In this document: one piece after another, positions 34,824 through 38,931 of the stretch
Layout: every line of letters starts with the position of its first letter
Numbering within the stretch: position 1 is the stretch's first letter
Origin: Basidiobolus meristosporus CBS 931.73
Taxonomy: Eukaryota > Fungi > Basidiobolomycota
Reading direction: 5' to 3'
Assembly (NCBI GenBank): GCA_002104905.1
Contig: MCFE01000758.1
Coordinates: 1 to 38,931 of the forward strand
Length of the DNA: 38,931 nt
Notes under the pieces: model-generated
Told to the model about the DNA's origin: nothing
Seen by the model: only the letters and a program-made list of their open reading frames with translations
Database searches by the model: none
Program-made: the position numbers and the translations under genes

Positions 34824-36291
34824 TTGTGCATCATCACTTAAAACTTAGCCTGTTTTACTCTGTTAGAAAATCTAGTACCCTAACCCTAACTGATTTTTCC
34901 CAACCCAAACATAACTAATCCCAGTTATGGTTTATTTTATCACTTCTCAGAATCCATTTTTAGTTGTCACACCTGATCAATTTTCATGTAGTCATTACTG
35001 TCATGATAACATGACATCCCTGGTCTCCAATTATCTAGCCAAATCAAGTCAGTGAAGAAATCCCAGTTCCTTCTAGAAAGTTTTACTGCATTCTAGCAAC
35101 TTCTTGAAAGCCCCAAGTTAACATTACACAATGAAACATTCTATGGAAGCTTCCCATTGGAATTTATGTAGTCCCATACTATATATGGTATTACATGTCA
35201 CATGACCTGATCACATGATCAGCTGACCCATGACATATCCCCATGTGATATTCTAGTTTGTTCTTTAGTATATTTCTATCTTGGCACACTTCCTGTGCCT
35301 CACCCTAGAACCCCATCAGTATTAGCCAATATCTCTTGGCATCCATATTGCCAAAAAGTATATATAGTCCTATTCCCCCTTATGTATTCCTCAGTCTGAT
35401 AAACACAGGTCTAGAATAAACAGCCTTGCCTTGTTGATCCGCAACCAAGTCCTTTCCTGGTCCTGCCTTGCCTAGCCCTACTCTCCTGCCTTGTGTCTAT
35501 TCAAAACAGTTTTATCAGTCTGCTCCTGGCTTACCTGTGGATCTCTGCCTTCTACCCAAAGCTCTTAAGAAGAACTTGCAAAGGAATACCTACCGTAGTA
35601 TCACCCTGAATCTTTCCCTAGTCTTGTCCTCTAAAGGCAAAGATACTTTATCTTTGTAAGATTATTGGCCAAAGCTGGATTAACTTTATTACCCTGCTGG
35701 TGTAGTTTACAGTTGTTACAGTATTGGAAGCTTTAGTATAATACTCTATCAATGGATGTTAAAGCCAGTGCCTTCTGAAGTGATGCTAGCTTATTCAGTT
35801 GGCAACATTGACCAAGCCAGAACTGCTGCCAACAAGATCAAGAACTTGAAGCAAGGAAACAGACCTGCATCTGTGTATGCTTCTGAATTCCAGCTACTAA
35901 CCAGTGATTAGAGCCTTTGGGCTGATGCTGCCCTAATTAGTCAATTTCAAGATGGGCTCAATCATGAAGTCAGTGACCAACTTCTCACTCTCCCTGACCC
36001 TACCTCTTTTGGTGAAGCTATTCATCAAGCAATCCAATGTGACAATTGTATTTTCCAGAAGAAACAGAAATTCCAACATACATATCAGCCAACCTCCTTC
36101 CCAGTAGTCTTAGGTTAGGGGTGTTGTGCATCAACATTTAAAACTTTGCCAATTTTACTCCGTTTGAAAATCTAGTACCCTAACTGATTTTCCCTAACCC
36201 AAACATAACAAATCCCAGTTACAGTTTATTTTATCCCACCTCAGAATCTATTTTTAGCTATCACACCTGATCTATTTTCAAATGGTCATTA
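34824..36291 (+). repeat. Dispersed direct repeat of about 170 bp containing CCCTAA units (copies 34824-34997 and 36124-36291)
   Basis: Copies align at an offset of about 1300 (TTGTGCATCA..GAAAATCTAGTACCCTAAC..CCCAAACATAAC..CACACCTGATC..GTCATTA). Copy 1 has one more CCCTAA unit; TTAGGTTAGGGG precedes copy 2. Confidence 0.8.
35801..36075 (+). pseudogene. Ty3/Gypsy gag (Retrotrans_gag-like) relic
   Basis: GNIDQARTAANKIKNLKQGNRPASVYASEFQLLTSD*SLWADAALISQFQDGLNHEV..AIQCD, with an in-frame TAG at 35909. Probable LTR-like sequence lies upstream (about 35170-35720; borders unresolved). Confidence 0.75.
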
Positions 36292-36858
36292 CGTTATCAA
36301 CCTATCTGCCAAGCCTTCCCAGGTGATTAGTCATCTGAGATCTATCCAACCACTGTGCAGTTGCCAAGACATCAGTTGATTGATGATGTAATTTTCATTT
36401 ATCTTATGCACCTATGAACACCCAAATTGATTTCAATCAATCCAGTCCCTTGGCGCTGACTAATTCAACTTGATCAGAAAAGTATAAATAAAGTTTACTG
36501 AACCTTTTGGTTTAGTGTGTATCTCAACAAAATTAAGATTCTGTCTCAGCAAAAATAAGAATCCAACAATTCCGTTCTAGTTTCTATCCAAGCCTAGTAT
36601 ATCTAGCACTCCAAAGAACACCAAGCCTAGCCTGCCTAGCAAACAAATATCATTGCCTTTATAGCCAACCCAGCTATTTCCAAGACCAATATTAGATCAG
36701 AATCTTTCTGCCAATATTTCCGCCACTCTCTGACAATTCTAAGATTCTGCACTTAATTGTCCCTTTGGTTCAGTTAAACCATTCAAGAGTTTTATTACAC
36801 TTTCTCTTGGATACAACATTTTTTTCGTTGAATTCCATTACATTCAGCCGACTAGAAG

Positions 36859-38931
36859 ATGTCCTCAGCAGCAAGCAATCCAAACCTTTCCATGTTGGAA
36901 GAAGCCAGAAGAAATCAGGAAGAACTTACTGAACAGCTTGAAAACATCATGCTTGAAAGAAATACCATGATGATTGAGCACTCAAAGCTTGCCAAAACAA
37001 GATCTGATAATCACCGTAGAGATGAACTCCTTGAAGTTATATCCGGTTACCAAGATGAAATCGGAATAATTAAGGAAGCACTGGAGAATATTGCCATAGT
37101 AATTGACAGCATTGAAAATCCGCCAAACCTTGCTCTGCATCAGCCACCAAGAAGTCATGCCTTTGAGTCCTCCAGATCTACATCTCCTTCTAGACCTGCC
37201 CCGGTGGTTGTCCCAAGATCCTTGCCTGTTTATGCTGAAGGCACCAATGCCATCAAGAATCCAACTGAGTTTCTTTACAAGTTTAGTCACGTCTTAGCTG
37301 CACACCAGCTAGACCCTGACACCAACTGGGCTAGACTTCTGCCTCTCTGTCTCACAATGCAAGATGCTGACTGGGTTGAAGTGAACATTCCTTCCAATAG
37401 TACGTGGAAAATTGCCCAAAACCTCTTTTGCAGCCATTTTGAAGATCCTCTCAAGAAAGCACATCTGAACTGCGACTTATGGAAAACTAAAATGCAAAAA
37501 GGTGAATCTGTGCAACACTTCTGTGATAGATTCCAAAGACAAATGAGATTAGCTGGAGTTAGTGATGATAATCCATCGCTTACTGCTCATTTTCTTTCAA
37601 ACTTTTCACACCAGCTACAGAGCAATATTGCTATTGTCAAAGCATGCAACCCTGCAGGTACCTATGACCAGATCTCAGAGATATGTACACTGGCAATCAC
37701 CTTGACTGCAGCTGTTAGCCAGACTTCAGGCAGCTCAACCCAATATCCCACAACAGCCGGAAAAGAGACCAGTCATGTGACCAAGAAGCAGTCAACCGCT
37801 ACTAAGCACTGTGAGCTTCATGGAAAATGCTATCATTCTACCAGTGAATGCAAAGGCATCACCAAGCAGTCAAACAAGTCAGGAAACACCGCAGAAAAGC
37901 AGCAAAACACCAAAACTGATAATCCATATGCTGATGACAAGTGCTTTAAATGTGGAAATAGGGGACATAGATCACCTGCCTGTCCTGAGAAGAACTCCGC
38001 ACCATCAGCCAAAATTACCCAGATCCTTGATGATCATTCAGCCAATGATACAATGGGGTATGAAGAAGCATATGAAGAACTTACAGTTCAAGATTATCAC
38101 AACCTCTTTGAGTTTCCGGCTAAAATTGCAACTGTCCAAGAAAAGAAGCAACCAATCACACAGCTCAAAGCCATAGAAGTGCCACTCACCCTCAATGGCC
38201 AATCATACATAGCACTACTGGATACTGGATCATCCAACTCTATTGTATCACCCAATGTAGTCAGAGAACTCAATTTGGAGATAGAAAAACGACCAGGAAA
38301 AATCATTCTTGCAGCTAAGGATCTCTCAGCCCCAAGAATTGGCATTACCAACCCAATCAACATACATTGTGGCTCAGTAACCATCATCCATCAGATGGAA
38401 GTGATTGACATACCAGATGGACCTCAGGTAGTCATTGGTCTGGACACCTTCACCAAACTTGGCTTTCACATAGGCGGACTACCGGTTTCCTATCCAGGTA
38501 TCACTAAATCTCAGCCGCTCATAACGGATCAAATCCCAGAGATTATCTCATCCCAACCGGAAGAAGAAGAGTTAACCCCAACTTTTCAAGAATATTCTCA
38601 ATCAGTCAAATTAGATATTCAGCCGGCCATAGAGAGAAATCAGGCCATTCCAAGGAACAGCTTCTGCACCATCCCAGAGTCCATTGTTACACTAGAGACC
38701 CCACCTGGTGAGTCAACATGGAGGAGGCAATACCCAATTCCGCATTCATGTCAACACTTAGTTGATGAGATAGTCCAAAAATGGGCTGACAATGGGATTA
38801 TCACTCAAGCCCCTGTCAACACAACATTCAACAGCCCTTTGACGCTTGCACCAAAGAAAGGTGCTGATGGAAATCTAACCCTGAAGAGACCCTGTTTGGA
38901 CCCCAGACCTCTGAACAAGCTTCTCCAAGAT
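36859..38931 (+). mobile_element. Ty3/Gypsy retrotransposon gag-pol, open ORF of 691 codons running off the window
   Basis: No stop from ATG 36859 to the window end (absent from the ORF track because it lacks a stop). Gag with CELHGKCYHSTSEC and zinc knuckle CFKCGNRGHRSPAC, protease LLDTGS, RT start RQYPIP..NSPLTLAPKK..CLDPRPLNK. Confidence 0.93.

Noticed and set aside
1-38931. rRNA, tRNA, riboswitch or SECIS elements
   Set aside because: None recognisable by eye; a covariance-model scan would be needed to exclude small ncRNAs.

Overview
Eukaryotic (fungal) genomic DNA, most consistent with an early-diverging, intron-rich fungus (Mucoromycota/Zoopagomycota-like; the lineage is inferred). Introns are short GT-AG type (about 49-92 bp, CTAAC/CTGAC-type branch points), so the ORF track fragments most genes; I reassembled exons by eye. 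A compact, CpG-rich gene block (about 1.1-24.9 kb) holds two class IV chitin synthase paralogues, a mannose-6-phosphate-receptor-like protein, PEX5, EFR3, a deleted flavin-monooxygenase pseudogene, a claudin/SUR7-like membrane protein, a CxxC redoxin + F-box fusion protein and a C2H2 transcription factor. It is flanked by AT-rich, almost CpG-free nests of Ty1/Copia LTRs (1-1.1 kb and 25.0-29.0 kb). The right arm carries an intronless ornithine-decarboxylase-like gene with an altered substrate-specificity loop plus a decayed tandem copy, a repeat containing telomere-like hexamers, a Gypsy gag relic, and an uninterrupted Ty3/Gypsy gag-pol ORF running off the window. The best novelty candidates are the redoxin-F-box protein and the divergent ODC-like enzyme. 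All alignments and residue numbering were done by eye or from memory; no database searches were run.
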